Assembly: GCA_026702615.1 (NCBI GenBank)
Contig: JAPPBY010000013.1
Coordinates: 27,521 to 91,520, forward strand
Source: Chloroflexota bacterium
Lineage (GTDB): Bacteria; Chloroflexota; Dehalococcoidia; Tepidiformales; Tepidiformaceae
Direction of reading: 5' to 3'
DNA: 64,000 nt
Notes under the pieces: model-generated
What the model was told of the DNA's origin: nothing
Seen by the model: only the letters and a program-made list of their open reading frames with translations
Databases searched by the model: none
Translations under genes and position numbers: made by a program
Part shown: one piece after another, positions 8,759 through 17,407 of the stretch
How positions within the stretch are numbered: position 1 is the stretch's first letter
How the letters are laid out: every line of letters begins with the position of its first letter

Positions 8759-9711
8759 TGCACTTCGCCGACCCCTGGCTGCTGCTCCTTGCGCTCGTCG
8801 CCGTACCCCTCGTCATCGCACGCTGGCGGCGGACCCCACCGGTCATCGCCGTGCCCTTCGCACTCGGACTCGGCGACGCCCCCGCCGGCTGGCGCGTGCG
8901 CGCCCGGCGACTGCTGCCGCTCCTGCGGGTCGCCGCCATCCTGCTGCTCGTCGTCGGCCTTGCCCGTCCCCGCATCGGTGAGGCTGAAACGCTCGTCCCC
9001 GCCGAGGGCGTCGATATCGCTCTCGCCGTCGATGTGTCCAGCAGCATGGCCACGAACCCGTTCAGCAACGACAACACCCGTCTCGACTCCGTGAAGGAGG
9101 TCCTTCGAGGCTTCATCGCCACCCGCGAGAACGACCGTGTCGGCCTCGTCGCATTCCAGCGCGAGGCTCTTCCCCTCGCTCCCCTCACCCTCGACTACGA
9201 GGCCCTCGACACCATCGTCGCCGACCTCGGCTCCGACCTTCTCCCCGACGGCACCGGCATCGGCGTGGGGATGGCCAGCGCCGTGTCCATGTTGGAGGAG
9301 TCCAGCGCCTCCAGCCGCATCGTGATCCTCCTGACGGATGGCCGTCACAACGCCGACTCCATCAGCCCCGACGAAGCCGCCGAAATCGCAGCCGCCCTCC
9401 GTATCCGCGTCTACACGATCGGTGTCGTCGAGGATCGGGACCGGCCCTCGGGCTTCTCCCCCGCAACCATCGACGCGGAGCTGCTCGCCTTCATCGCCGA
9501 ACACACCGGCGGCAGGTATTTCGAGGCGGCGACCCCCGAGGACCTCGCGGACGTCTACGAGGAGATCGGCTCGCTGGAGACGAGTCGCGTCGGAGACGAG
9601 ACCTTCGCGCGCTACAGCGAGCTCGGCCTCTGGCTGATCGCCGCGGGCGCCGTGCTCCTGCTCGGCGAGATAGGCCTTGGCCGCACCTGGCTGAGGAGGA
9701 CGCCCGCATGA
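8758..9711 (+). CDS. VWA-domain membrane protein (BatA-like)
   Basis: N-terminal TM (MHFADPWLLLLALVAVPL), MIDAS motif DIALAVDVSSSM, VILLTDGRHN, and a C-terminal TM. The ATG overlaps the upstream stop by 1 nt. Confidence 0.85.
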   Translation: MHFADPWLLLLALVAVPLVIARWRRTPPVIAVPFALGLGDAPAGWRVRARRLLPLLRVAAILLLVVGLARPRIGEAETLVPAEGVDIALAVDVSSSMATNPFSNDNTRLDSVKEVLRGFIATRENDRVGLVAFQREALPLAPLTLDYEALDTIVADLGSDLLPDGTGIGVGMASAVSMLEESSASSRIVILLTDGRHNADSISPDEAAEIAAALRIRVYTIGVVEDRDRPSGFSPATIDAELLAFIAEHTGGRYFEAATPEDLADVYEEIGSLETSRVGDETFARYSELGLWLIAAGAVLLLGEIGLGRTWLRRTPA

Positions 9712-11444
9712 GCGACCTCAGCTTCGGTCGTCCACTCTGGCTCCTGCTGGTCCCCTGCGCCCTCGTGCTGCTCCCGCTCGCGTGGGTCATCGCGAACCGG
9801 GCCTTCACCGCTGCGACCGCGCTCACGCGCGAACCCCCGAGGCCGCGCCGCGTCGCCACTGTCGTGCTCGCCCTCGCGGTCGTGCTCGCCACCCTCGCCG
9901 CCGCCCAGCCCCGCTGGGGTGAGCGTAGCGCCACCGTCCAGACCGGCGGCGCCCAGCTTGTCGCCGTCCTCGACGTCTCCCGCAGCATGGGCGCGACCGA
10001 TGTCGCGCCCTCGCGCCTGGCCGCCGCCCGTACCGCCCTCGCCGAGACCTTCGCCCGCCTCCGTGGCGACCGCGTCGCGCTCGTCGTCTTTGCCGGTGAC
10101 GCCCGGCTTCGCTTCCCGCTCACCCGCGACCTGCAGGCGGCCGCCACCGTCGTCGAGACCATCGAAGGTGGAACGCTGCTCCTCGAACGCGGCACGAGCG
10201 CCGCCTCCGGGCTCGACGTCGCCCGTGAGCTCTTCGACGAGGAGACCAGCGGTGGCCGCCTCGTCCTGCTCGTATCCGACGGAGAGAGCCTTGGCGGGGA
10301 TCCCTCCGCCAGCGCGGCCGCCCTTGCTGCCGAGGGCATCGACGTGCTCGTCGCGGGCGTGGGCACGCCTTCCGGCGGACCTGTGCCTATCCGCAACCCC
10401 GTGACGCGCGAGATGGAACCGCTGATGAGCAACGATGGCGAGCCCGTCATCACCCGGCTCGACGAACCTGGTCTCCGCGCCATCGCTCGGGCGGGCGACG
10501 GTCGCTACCTCGGCGCAGACCTCGCCGCCCTTCCCGGGGCGGTACGCGGTCACGTGGCCGGCCTCGACCAGGCTACCTACGGCGCGACGACGATCTCCGT
10601 TCCGATCGAGCGATTTCACTGGTTCGCCGTTGCCGCAGTCGTGCTTGTGCTGCTGGGAACGGCGGTCGAATGGCGCGCCTTCGCACGCTGGCGGAGCGCT
10701 CCCGCCCTTGTCGTTGTCGTTGGGTTTGCACTGGCTCTCTCCGCCTGTGCTACGGCCGCCTACAACCTCAACGAGCGTGCACTCGATGCCCTCGACGAGG
10801 GTGACCTCGACACCGCCATCGAGCTCCTCTACGAAGCCCAGGCGGAGGATCCCCGGGACGGCCGCATCGCCCTGAACCTCGCGGCCGTTCTCGACCAGGC
10901 CGGCCGCTACGAAGAGGCCGTCAGCGCCGCCCGTCGCGCTCTCAACGACCGCGACGCCGGGGTCGCGGCCGCTGCCTACTCCAGCCTCGGCCACCACCTC
11001 TTCGCCTTGGGGGAGCTCGAAGAGGCGCTCGACGCCTTCACCGAGGGGCTCCTCCTCACGCCCGAGGACGATGTCCTCCGCCGCGACTTCGAGGTCGTCT
11101 GGCGCCTGCTCCACCCGCCACCCCCGCCCGAACAGCAGACGGCCCCGGCGCCTCCCGAGGGAGATTCCGGTGACGGCGAGCAACCCCCCGAGACCCAGCC
11201 CGCCCCGGGTCCCGACGGCGCACCGGCTGACGGCGGCGAGGGCGGCGAGCAAGCGCTCTCGCCCGAGGCTCTCCAGGAACAGCTTGCCGCCATCGACGCC
11301 GAGGTCGCCCAGCTGCGAGAAGAAGCCGGCGAGGTGCTGAGCGCGCGCGAGGCGCTCGCCATCCTCGAGTTGTTGGAGGAACGCAGCCGCCTCTCCGCGC
11401 AGAATCCCGTGCGCGGAGTCTGGACCGATGCCAGCGACTATTGA
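9708..11444 (+). CDS. VWA-domain plus TPR-repeat protein (BatB/BatC-like fusion)
   Basis: MIDAS motif VAVLDVSRSM, TM helices, TPR-like repeats (GDLDTAIELLYEAQAEDP...), and an acidic/Pro-rich tail. ATGA overlap with the upstream gene. Confidence 0.8.
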   Translation: MSDLSFGRPLWLLLVPCALVLLPLAWVIANRAFTAATALTREPPRPRRVATVVLALAVVLATLAAAQPRWGERSATVQTGGAQLVAVLDVSRSMGATDVAPSRLAAARTALAETFARLRGDRVALVVFAGDARLRFPLTRDLQAAATVVETIEGGTLLLERGTSAASGLDVARELFDEETSGGRLVLLVSDGESLGGDPSASAAALAAEGIDVLVAGVGTPSGGPVPIRNPVTREMEPLMSNDGEPVITRLDEPGLRAIARAGDGRYLGADLAALPGAVRGHVAGLDQATYGATTISVPIERFHWFAVAAVVLVLLGTAVEWRAFARWRSAPALVVVVGFALALSACATAAYNLNERALDALDEGDLDTAIELLYEAQAEDPRDGRIALNLAAVLDQAGRYEEAVSAARRALNDRDAGVAAAAYSSLGHHLFALGELEEALDAFTEGLLLTPEDDVLRRDFEVVWRLLHPPPPPEQQTAPAPPEGDSGDGEQPPETQPAPGPDGAPADGGEGGEQALSPEALQEQLAAIDAEVAQLREEAGEVLSAREALAILELLEERSRLSAQNPVRGVWTDASDY

Positions 11445-11474
11445 TCCGTCCCGTACGCTGGTGGGGGGTCTGTC

Positions 11475-12383
11475 ATGAGCGACGCCGCCCCAGGCTTCGG
11501 CGAGGTCATCGCGCAGTTCGCCTTCGATGCGCCCTGGTACGGCCTGCTGCTCGCCGCCGCCGGGTTCTACGCGGTCGCATGGTTCCGGGTGCGCGCGGAA
11601 CGCCCCCGCGTCCCTCCCCGTGTCTGGCAGCTCGTCGCCTTCATGCTGGGGTTGGCGCTCATCTTCGTCGCCACGCAGTCACCGCTCGAGCACTACGGCA
11701 ATCAGCTCCTCTGGGTCGACTTCGGCGGGATGCTGCTCCTCACGATGATCGCCCCTCCCCTCCTCCTGCTCGGCTCGCCCCTCACCCTCGCCTTCCGCGT
11801 GAGCGGTCCGCGCGGACGTGCCCGGCTCCGCCGCCTCTACCGCGGGCGAACCGCCCGCATCGTGGCCATGCCGATCGTCTCGTGGCTCGTCTTCGCCGTC
11901 GTCACCTACGCCTGGCAGTTCATGGGCATCACCGAGGAGGCCGCCGAGAACGTCTTCGTGCGCGATGTGCAGCAGCTCTCCCTGCTCGCCGTCTCCCTGC
12001 TCTTCTGGTGGCCCGCTCTCTGCGCCGACCCCGTGCCCTGGCGGATGAACCACCCGCTGCGCGTTCTCTACGTCGCCGTTGAGATGACGCACAAGGGGCT
12101 GTTCGGCGGGATGTTCCTCAGCCTCAACACGCCCGTCCACGAAACCTTCGCGGCGAACACGCCCGCCTGGGGGCCATCGCCCATGATGGACCAGCGCCTC
12201 GCCATCCTCGTGCTCTGGGTCGGGGGAAGCCTGGTGTTCCTCGTCGCCCTTGCCGCCATCGCCGTGAGCTGGATCCGCTACGAGGCGCGACAGTCGCACC
12301 GCATCGACCGGCGCCTCGAAGCGCTGCGAGAGGCCCGACGCCAGCGTGCCCGCGCCCTCGGGAGTGTCTTCGAACGCTCCTAG
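11475..12383 (+). CDS. ctaG: Cytochrome c oxidase assembly factor CtaG (Caa3_CtaG family) membrane protein
   Basis: Polytopic membrane ORF with a family-like N-terminus (FDAPWYGLLLAAAGFYAVAW...SPLEHYG) and PPLLLLGSPLTL. Confidence 0.7.
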   Translation: MSDAAPGFGEVIAQFAFDAPWYGLLLAAAGFYAVAWFRVRAERPRVPPRVWQLVAFMLGLALIFVATQSPLEHYGNQLLWVDFGGMLLLTMIAPPLLLLGSPLTLAFRVSGPRGRARLRRLYRGRTARIVAMPIVSWLVFAVVTYAWQFMGITEEAAENVFVRDVQQLSLLAVSLLFWWPALCADPVPWRMNHPLRVLYVAVEMTHKGLFGGMFLSLNTPVHETFAANTPAWGPSPMMDQRLAILVLWVGGSLVFLVALAAIAVSWIRYEARQSHRIDRRLEALREARRQRARALGSVFERS

Positions 12384-12396
12384 GCCGGCTGCCCTG

Positions 12397-13872
12397 CTAG
12401 ATGCCGAGCTCGCCCCACAGCTCGTTCGCCTGCTTCTGCAGGTCGGCCCGGAAATCGGGATGCGCCACGCTGACCAGCTCGGCGGCGCGCTGCCGGTGGT
12501 TCTTGTCGAGCAGCCTCGCCACACCGTACTCGGTCACGATCGTGTCCGCCAGGTAGCGCGGGATCGTCACGAGTGTTCCCGCTTCGTGCTTCGCCACGAT
12601 CTTCGAGAGCGAGCCCTCGATCGCCGTCGAGCGCAGCACCGTGATGGCGCGGCCATCGGGGCAGAGGGCCGCGCTGATGTGCGTGTCCGGCTGCCCGCCC
12701 GTCCCGTTGATCATCTGGCCGCCGTAGCGGTCCTCGCTCGCGATCTGCCCCAGCAGGTCCACCGCTACCGCGCTGTTGATCGAGGTCATCTGGCTGTTCT
12801 GCGACATCAGCGCCGGGTTCAGCAGGTAGTTCGGGTCGTACACCTCGAACGCGGGGTTGTCATTGATGATCCCCAGGTCCACGCCGTCGCAGCCCGTCCA
12901 GGCCACGGCCACGCAGCGCTCCTTGTGGATCGTCTTCCGCGAGTTGTCGATGATGCCCCGCGCCCAGAGCTGCGCCAGCCCCGGCGATCCCAGCTCGGTG
13001 TGCACGCCCAGGTGTTTCGCGTGATCGAAAGCGCCCGCCTTGAACATCAGCGCGCTGGGCGTCCCCACCCCTACCTGGATCGTGTCGCCGTCCCGGATCA
13101 GCGGCGCGAGATTGTCGGCGATCGCCTGCGCCTCGTCGTCGACCTCCGCAAGGCCGAACGCCTGCCGCACGATCTTCGGCGGGAGCATGTGGTACATGCT
13201 CTCCGCCAGCGCGATCTGGTCGGGGCTGGCCATGTCCAGCAGTTCCAGCAGCTCCGCGCGGTTCTCCTCGGGCGCCTGCGTGTTCACTCGCTCCCGTACC
13301 GCCTCGGCGTTCACCGGCTGGATCACGCCCTCGATGAACGCTGCGAACTCGCTCACGTGCACCCACACGTCGCCGTGCGCGGGCGTGATATTCGGGTCGA
13401 TCATCCCGATGGTCCTGGGGCAGCGCTTCGTGTACGACTTGCGCGTCCACATGTGTACGCCGAACTGCACGTAGCCCGCGTCATTCGGCTCACTGCACGA
13501 GGTGATCTGCACGTCCGGAAGGCGCGCCTCCTCGCGGCCCGCGTCGAACGCCTTCATACCCAGCATGAAGGTGTTCGGCAGGTAGGTTCCGATCTTGGCG
13601 TCGTGCGCCGCCCGGAGCGGCTCGCCGATGAACAGCTCGAACTCGCGCTCGCCGTTCTGGCCGGGACTGAAGAGCCGCGGCTCCGTTGGCGAGAGCGCGC
13701 GCACGTGCATGCTCCCCAGCTGGTCGGCGCGGTCGGCCAGGGCCGAGGCGAGTTGCGCGGGCGTCAAAACACCCATCGTTACCAGGTCGCCGTCGCCGAT
13801 GAGCGCCATCGCCTCCTCGACGCTGCAGAGGCGCTCCTTGTATGCCTCCCGCCAGTCTCCTGAGTGCGTCAT
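12397..13872 (-). CDS. Acetyl-CoA hydrolase/transferase family protein (4-hydroxybutyrate CoA-transferase-like)
   Basis: 491 aa with two-domain CoA-transferase architecture; segments IQVGVGTPSALM, INSAVAVDLLGQI. Confidence 0.75.
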   Translation of the reverse strand: MTHSGDWREAYKERLCSVEEAMALIGDGDLVTMGVLTPAQLASALADRADQLGSMHVRALSPTEPRLFSPGQNGEREFELFIGEPLRAAHDAKIGTYLPNTFMLGMKAFDAGREEARLPDVQITSCSEPNDAGYVQFGVHMWTRKSYTKRCPRTIGMIDPNITPAHGDVWVHVSEFAAFIEGVIQPVNAEAVRERVNTQAPEENRAELLELLDMASPDQIALAESMYHMLPPKIVRQAFGLAEVDDEAQAIADNLAPLIRDGDTIQVGVGTPSALMFKAGAFDHAKHLGVHTELGSPGLAQLWARGIIDNSRKTIHKERCVAVAWTGCDGVDLGIINDNPAFEVYDPNYLLNPALMSQNSQMTSINSAVAVDLLGQIASEDRYGGQMINGTGGQPDTHISAALCPDGRAITVLRSTAIEGSLSKIVAKHEAGTLVTIPRYLADTIVTEYGVARLLDKNHRQRAAELVSVAHPDFRADLQKQANELWGELGI

Positions 13873-13882
13873 GGCCTCGCTC

Positions 13883-14275
13883 CTAGGTGAAGTTGAAGTT
13901 GAACCCCCGCGGATCCTCGTACGAGGGCGGCTCGGGCTTCTTGTACTGGACTTCGATCTCGTCTGTGTCCTCGTTGTAGCGCACCGGGAAGGACGCGACC
14001 GGCCGGAACGCCGGCAGCGACTTCGCCGCGCCGTCCCGCACGTCGAACTTGGCGCCGTGGCGGGGGCAGTCGATCTCGTAGCCGACGAGCCTGCCCTGGC
14101 CGAGCGGTCCGTCGTCGTGGGAGCAGCGGTTCTCGATCGCGAAATACCCCTCTACGAGGTGGACGAGCACGATCGATTCGTCTCCGAACTCGATGATCGC
14201 GCTCTCGCCCGGCTTCAGCATGTTCGCGGGCCCTACCGGCGTGAAAGGTGTCTCGCTGTCGGTCTGCTCGCTCAT
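13883..14275 (-). CDS. Rieske [2Fe-2S] ferredoxin component
   Basis: Rieske ligands CSHDDGPL...CPRHGAKF. 130 aa. Confidence 0.85.
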   Translation of the reverse strand: MSEQTDSETPFTPVGPANMLKPGESAIIEFGDESIVLVHLVEGYFAIENRCSHDDGPLGQGRLVGYEIDCPRHGAKFDVRDGAAKSLPAFRPVASFPVRYNEDTDEIEVQYKKPEPPSYEDPRGFNFNFT

Positions 14276-14301
14276 CCGCTCGTGCTCCTCCCGTGAGGCA
14301 A

Positions 14302-14330
14302 GCGAGCCGCGACCATGGGCCGCGGCTCGC
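14302..14330 (-). other. Intercistronic GC hairpin between the Rieske alpha and ferredoxin genes
   Basis: GCGAGCCGCG-accatgggc-CGCGGCTCGC: a 10-bp perfect stem. Confidence 0.4.
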
Positions 14331-14351
14331 CGGTGCGGTCTCGCGCCGGTC

Positions 14352-15632
14352 CTAGCGGTCCGGCCCGTAGATGTAGTCGTCGATCGTCTTGTGCATGTGA
14401 CGGATGCGCCGCTCGCGGTAGTTGATGAGCAGCCCCTTGTAGGCCCGCGAGTTCATCCCCTTCTGCACGCGCGGCAGATTGTAGGAATCCTGGTCGAGGA
14501 CGAGTCCGATGGAGATCTCGCCGTGCTTGTACGTCGTGTGGGCCGGTCGCGGCGGCGGGTCCGCCCCATCCGGAATGCGCGTGTAGTTCTGCAGGTCGAA
14601 GTACATCTTGTTCGGGTCCGTCGCGTGCGGACGCTGCCGGAACACCATCACGCCTGTGTGGTGCGTGTTCAGCGTGATGCTCGGGAAGATGTAGTAGTGG
14701 TAGTCGTCCGTCATCTGGTCGTCGTTGAGCTCTGAGACGTCGATCCCGCGCGCTTCCGTGCTCTCGCGGGCCGCTGCCTGCATCATCGTGCGGACTTCTT
14801 CCGGCGCCCCGTCGAACTCATCCGGGTCGATCCCCGCCCGCACCAGCATGCCTTGCAGCGCGTCCGTGATTTCGTCCTTGTTCGGGTAACGCGGGCTCAG
14901 CAGCCCGAACGGCACCAGGTAGCGGTTGTGGCGCTCGTACAGGTCGATCTGCACGTGGATGTCGTCCAGCGACTCCAGCAGCTGCGGGTGGATACCCTGT
15001 ACGTGGTAGACCTCGTTGAAGGCGTCTACCGAGGCCTTCCAGTTTGTGTCCCACTCGATCGTCTTGTCCTGGACGATGTACATCTTCTCGAAGTGGTACG
15101 GATCGATGTGCTCCGGCAGCACGCCCAGGAACTCTTCGAGGGGCTCCGCGTCCGGGTTCATGTTGAACCAGACCCAGCCCGCCCAGGTATCGCACGGCAC
15201 TTCGACGAGCGCCGTCTCCTGGGGAACGCCCTGGGTGAAGGTGTCCTCGTCCGGGACGAACTTCTTCGAACCGTCGAGGTTGAACTCGAAGAAGTGGTAG
15301 GCGCACTGGAAGCTCTCCGCATGCCCCATGCCGGGGTTGCGGATCTGGTTCCCGCGGTGGGGACAGACGTTGTAGAAGGCGCGGACCTTGTCCTCCGCCT
15401 CCCGCACGATCAGGAACGACTCGGGACCCAGCTCGGTGGTGAAGTAGTCACCCACGTTGGGGATGTCCTGCTCCCGCCCGGCGACGTTCCACACCTTCGT
15501 CCACATGCGCTCCCACTCGAGCTCCATGAACTCCTTCGAGGTGTAGCGTTCCTTCGGGATCAGCTCCGTGCCCAGCAGAGGCTCCGGCGCCTTCTCCTGG
15601 GGGGTGCCCTTCACTCGTGCTTCAACAACCAC
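14352..15632 (-). CDS. Rieske non-heme iron oxygenase, alpha (catalytic) subunit
   Basis: Rieske motif CPHRGN...CAYHFFEF and a catalytic-domain His/Asp region (DAFNEVYHVQGIHP). GTG start is preceded by AAGGAG. No beta-subunit gene is nearby. Confidence 0.85.
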   Translation of the reverse strand: MVVEARVKGTPQEKAPEPLLGTELIPKERYTSKEFMELEWERMWTKVWNVAGREQDIPNVGDYFTTELGPESFLIVREAEDKVRAFYNVCPHRGNQIRNPGMGHAESFQCAYHFFEFNLDGSKKFVPDEDTFTQGVPQETALVEVPCDTWAGWVWFNMNPDAEPLEEFLGVLPEHIDPYHFEKMYIVQDKTIEWDTNWKASVDAFNEVYHVQGIHPQLLESLDDIHVQIDLYERHNRYLVPFGLLSPRYPNKDEITDALQGMLVRAGIDPDEFDGAPEEVRTMMQAAARESTEARGIDVSELNDDQMTDDYHYYIFPSITLNTHHTGVMVFRQRPHATDPNKMYFDLQNYTRIPDGADPPPRPAHTTYKHGEISIGLVLDQDSYNLPRVQKGMNSRAYKGLLINYRERRIRHMHKTIDDYIYGPDR

Positions 15633-15732
15633 GCCTTGACTCCTTGGACTCTTGTCCGTTTCGATTACCCGGGTGCCTGGCGACGGGTAGCCGGATTTTA
15701 CGCGAAACAGGTCCGGCCCGCCCCTCGGGCGG

Positions 15733-16251
15733 CTAGTACGAACCCGGCGTGGGCACGATCTCCGTGCCCATCTCCTCCGGCTCCATCCCGAGCGTGATGA
15801 GCACCTTCGAGAGGCTCATGAAGAGCCCCACGCCCAGCGCCATCTCGACGATCTCGGGGTCGCTGAAGTGCTCCCGCAGCCGCTCCTGCACCTCGGGCGT
15901 CACCTGTCGCGGATCCCCGATGATCGCATCCGTCAGGGCGATCGCCGCCTTGTCCTTCGAGGACAGGTCCGACTCCTCGTAGCCGTCCTCAATCTCCGTT
16001 ACCTGGTCTTCGGTCAGTCCCTGCTCACGCGCCACGGCGAAGCGAACGTTCTTTCAGTAGCCGCAGTCCGTCACGCGGGCGTTTCGCATCCGCGTGACCT
16101 CCTTTGTGCGGTGGTCAAGGGCGCCCTTGCTCCAGAACGTCCCGTAGAGCATCCCGAAGGCGCCCGCCAGGCCCGGCTGGTGCGCCAGCGCCGTGCCGAA
16201 GCTGGCCTCCTCGCCCGGTATCGCCGAACTCACTCGTGGTTTGGTCGACAT
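15733..16251 (-). CDS. AhpD-like / carboxymuconolactone decarboxylase family protein with an in-frame TGA at 16054..16056 (candidate selenocysteine; otherwise a pseudogene)
   Basis: Track ORFs 16054..16362 and 15733..16035 share one frame and are separated only by a TGA plus six sense codons. The joined product reads ...RMRNARVTDCGY[TGA]KNVRFAVAREQG... and is colinear with the upstream paralog. ATG at 16251 is preceded by GGAGGA. Confidence 0.55.
16017..16047 (-). promoter_or_regulatory. Stem-loop 6 nt downstream of the in-frame UGA (SECIS-like candidate)
   Basis: mRNA GUUC-GCUU-CGC-[CGUGGC]-GCG-U-GAGC-AG-GGAC. This gives 11 bp including two G-U pairs, one bulged U, a 2-nt internal bulge, and a GU in the apical loop. 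Folded by eye only. Confidence 0.35.
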
Positions 16252-16270
16252 CGCATCCTCCTTCGGGACA

Positions 16271-16771
16271 TCAGTAGATTGGCCCCTCGCTCGAGGCCGG
16301 CATCGGCGCCTCCACCGGCGCGGGCTCCGTGCCCAGCGCCAGTCGCAAGCGGCAGTTCGCATCGAACAGCGCCACCCCGATGGTTAGCGCCACCACGCCC
16401 GACTCGCCGAAGTGCGCGTTCAGGTTCGCGTACTCCTCGTCGGTCAGGTCGTGGTGCTGCCAGGGCATCTTCTCGGCCAGCGTCAGCGCGGCTTGCTCCT
16501 GCTCGCTGAACAGGTCGCTGCCCGCCCAGTCCGCGAGCGCCTCGACCTGCGCGTCCCTCACGCCGGATTCGGCGTGGCGAACGGCCAGCTCAGCCTCGCA
16601 GTCGTGCAACTGCGCGACCCGCAACCGGCACAGCTCGAGCAGGCTCGCGGGCAGCAGCTCCTCATCCCAGAGCTTCCCGTAGAAGGCCGCGTACAGATCG
16701 CGCAACTCGGGCCGCAGGCCCAGAGCCGCATCGAACGGCGCGCTTCCCTCTGCCCCTTCGAGCCAGGTCAT
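16271..16771 (-). CDS. Carboxymuconolactone decarboxylase (AhpD-like) family protein
   Basis: LLELCRLRVAQLHDCEAELAVRH aligns with the CxxC region of the family; here the motif reads C-E-A-E. Start taken at MTWLEG; a TTG at 16807 is an alternative. Confidence 0.7.
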   Translation of the reverse strand: MTWLEGAEGSAPFDAALGLRPELRDLYAAFYGKLWDEELLPASLLELCRLRVAQLHDCEAELAVRHAESGVRDAQVEALADWAGSDLFSEQEQAALTLAEKMPWQHHDLTDEEYANLNAHFGESGVVALTIGVALFDANCRLRLALGTEPAPVEAPMPASSEGPIY

Positions 16772-16819
16772 GGGCGCATTCTCAGCCCGCGACCCCACCC
16801 GCCGCAACGCCGCCCCGTG

Positions 16820-17338
16820 TCAGGTCGCCGCCACCTGCGGGATTCGCACCCGTCCCAGCCGCTGCGCGACCTCGGTGATCCCTACCGCGAAGGTCGCCGG
16901 GATCAGCTCGCCCCGCTCGATTGCCGCGATGAACATCGGCAGGATCGTCAGCAGCACGCGGATTCGCACCGACTCGCGCGCGTGCCACTCCTCCGACACC
17001 CGCCCCTCGGCCACCATCTCTTCGAGGTCCTTCGGCAGGTAGACCCCGCCCCGGCGCGCGTACGCCATCGTCGCGACGACCGCCATCGCCCGTGGGTCCA
17101 AATCCGTGCGGTGGAAGCCGGCGCTCTGGCTGGCCGGGAACCGCTGGATCGCTCCCTGGACGTTCTGGTGCAGCGCCTCCGCCTCCACGGCCGCCCCTGC
17201 GATGGCCCCTTCCGGGTCCTCCAGCTCCGACGTCAGCAGCGCGCCCCCCGCCAGCTCCGCCTCCGCCGCAGCCGTCACGTCCTCAATGCTGGCCCCCTCC
17301 GCGGAGAGGGACTTCAGGTGGTCGATCAGCGCGCCCAT
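16820..17338 (-). CDS. Hypothetical protein (172 aa), co-directional between lpd and the AhpD-like pair
   Basis: An ORF with a non-repetitive, protein-like sequence that fills the gap in a co-directional operon. I recognise no motif. Confidence 0.5.
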   Translation of the reverse strand: MGALIDHLKSLSAEGASIEDVTAAAEAELAGGALLTSELEDPEGAIAGAAVEAEALHQNVQGAIQRFPASQSAGFHRTDLDPRAMAVVATMAYARRGGVYLPKDLEEMVAEGRVSEEWHARESVRIRVLLTILPMFIAAIERGELIPATFAVGITEVAQRLGRVRIPQVAAT

Positions 17339-17407
17339 GACCGCCTCCGCGATCGCGTCCTGCCCCTACTGTACAGCCGGGAGAAGCCCTCGGCGGCGCC
17401 GGAAGGG

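Noticed and set aside
15716-15733. A short GC hairpin (CCGCCC-ctc-GGGCGG) as a terminator after the AhpD-like gene.
   Set aside because: The stem is only 6 bp with a 3-nt loop, it overlaps the stop codon, and no U-tract follows. Hairpins like this are common by chance at this GC content.
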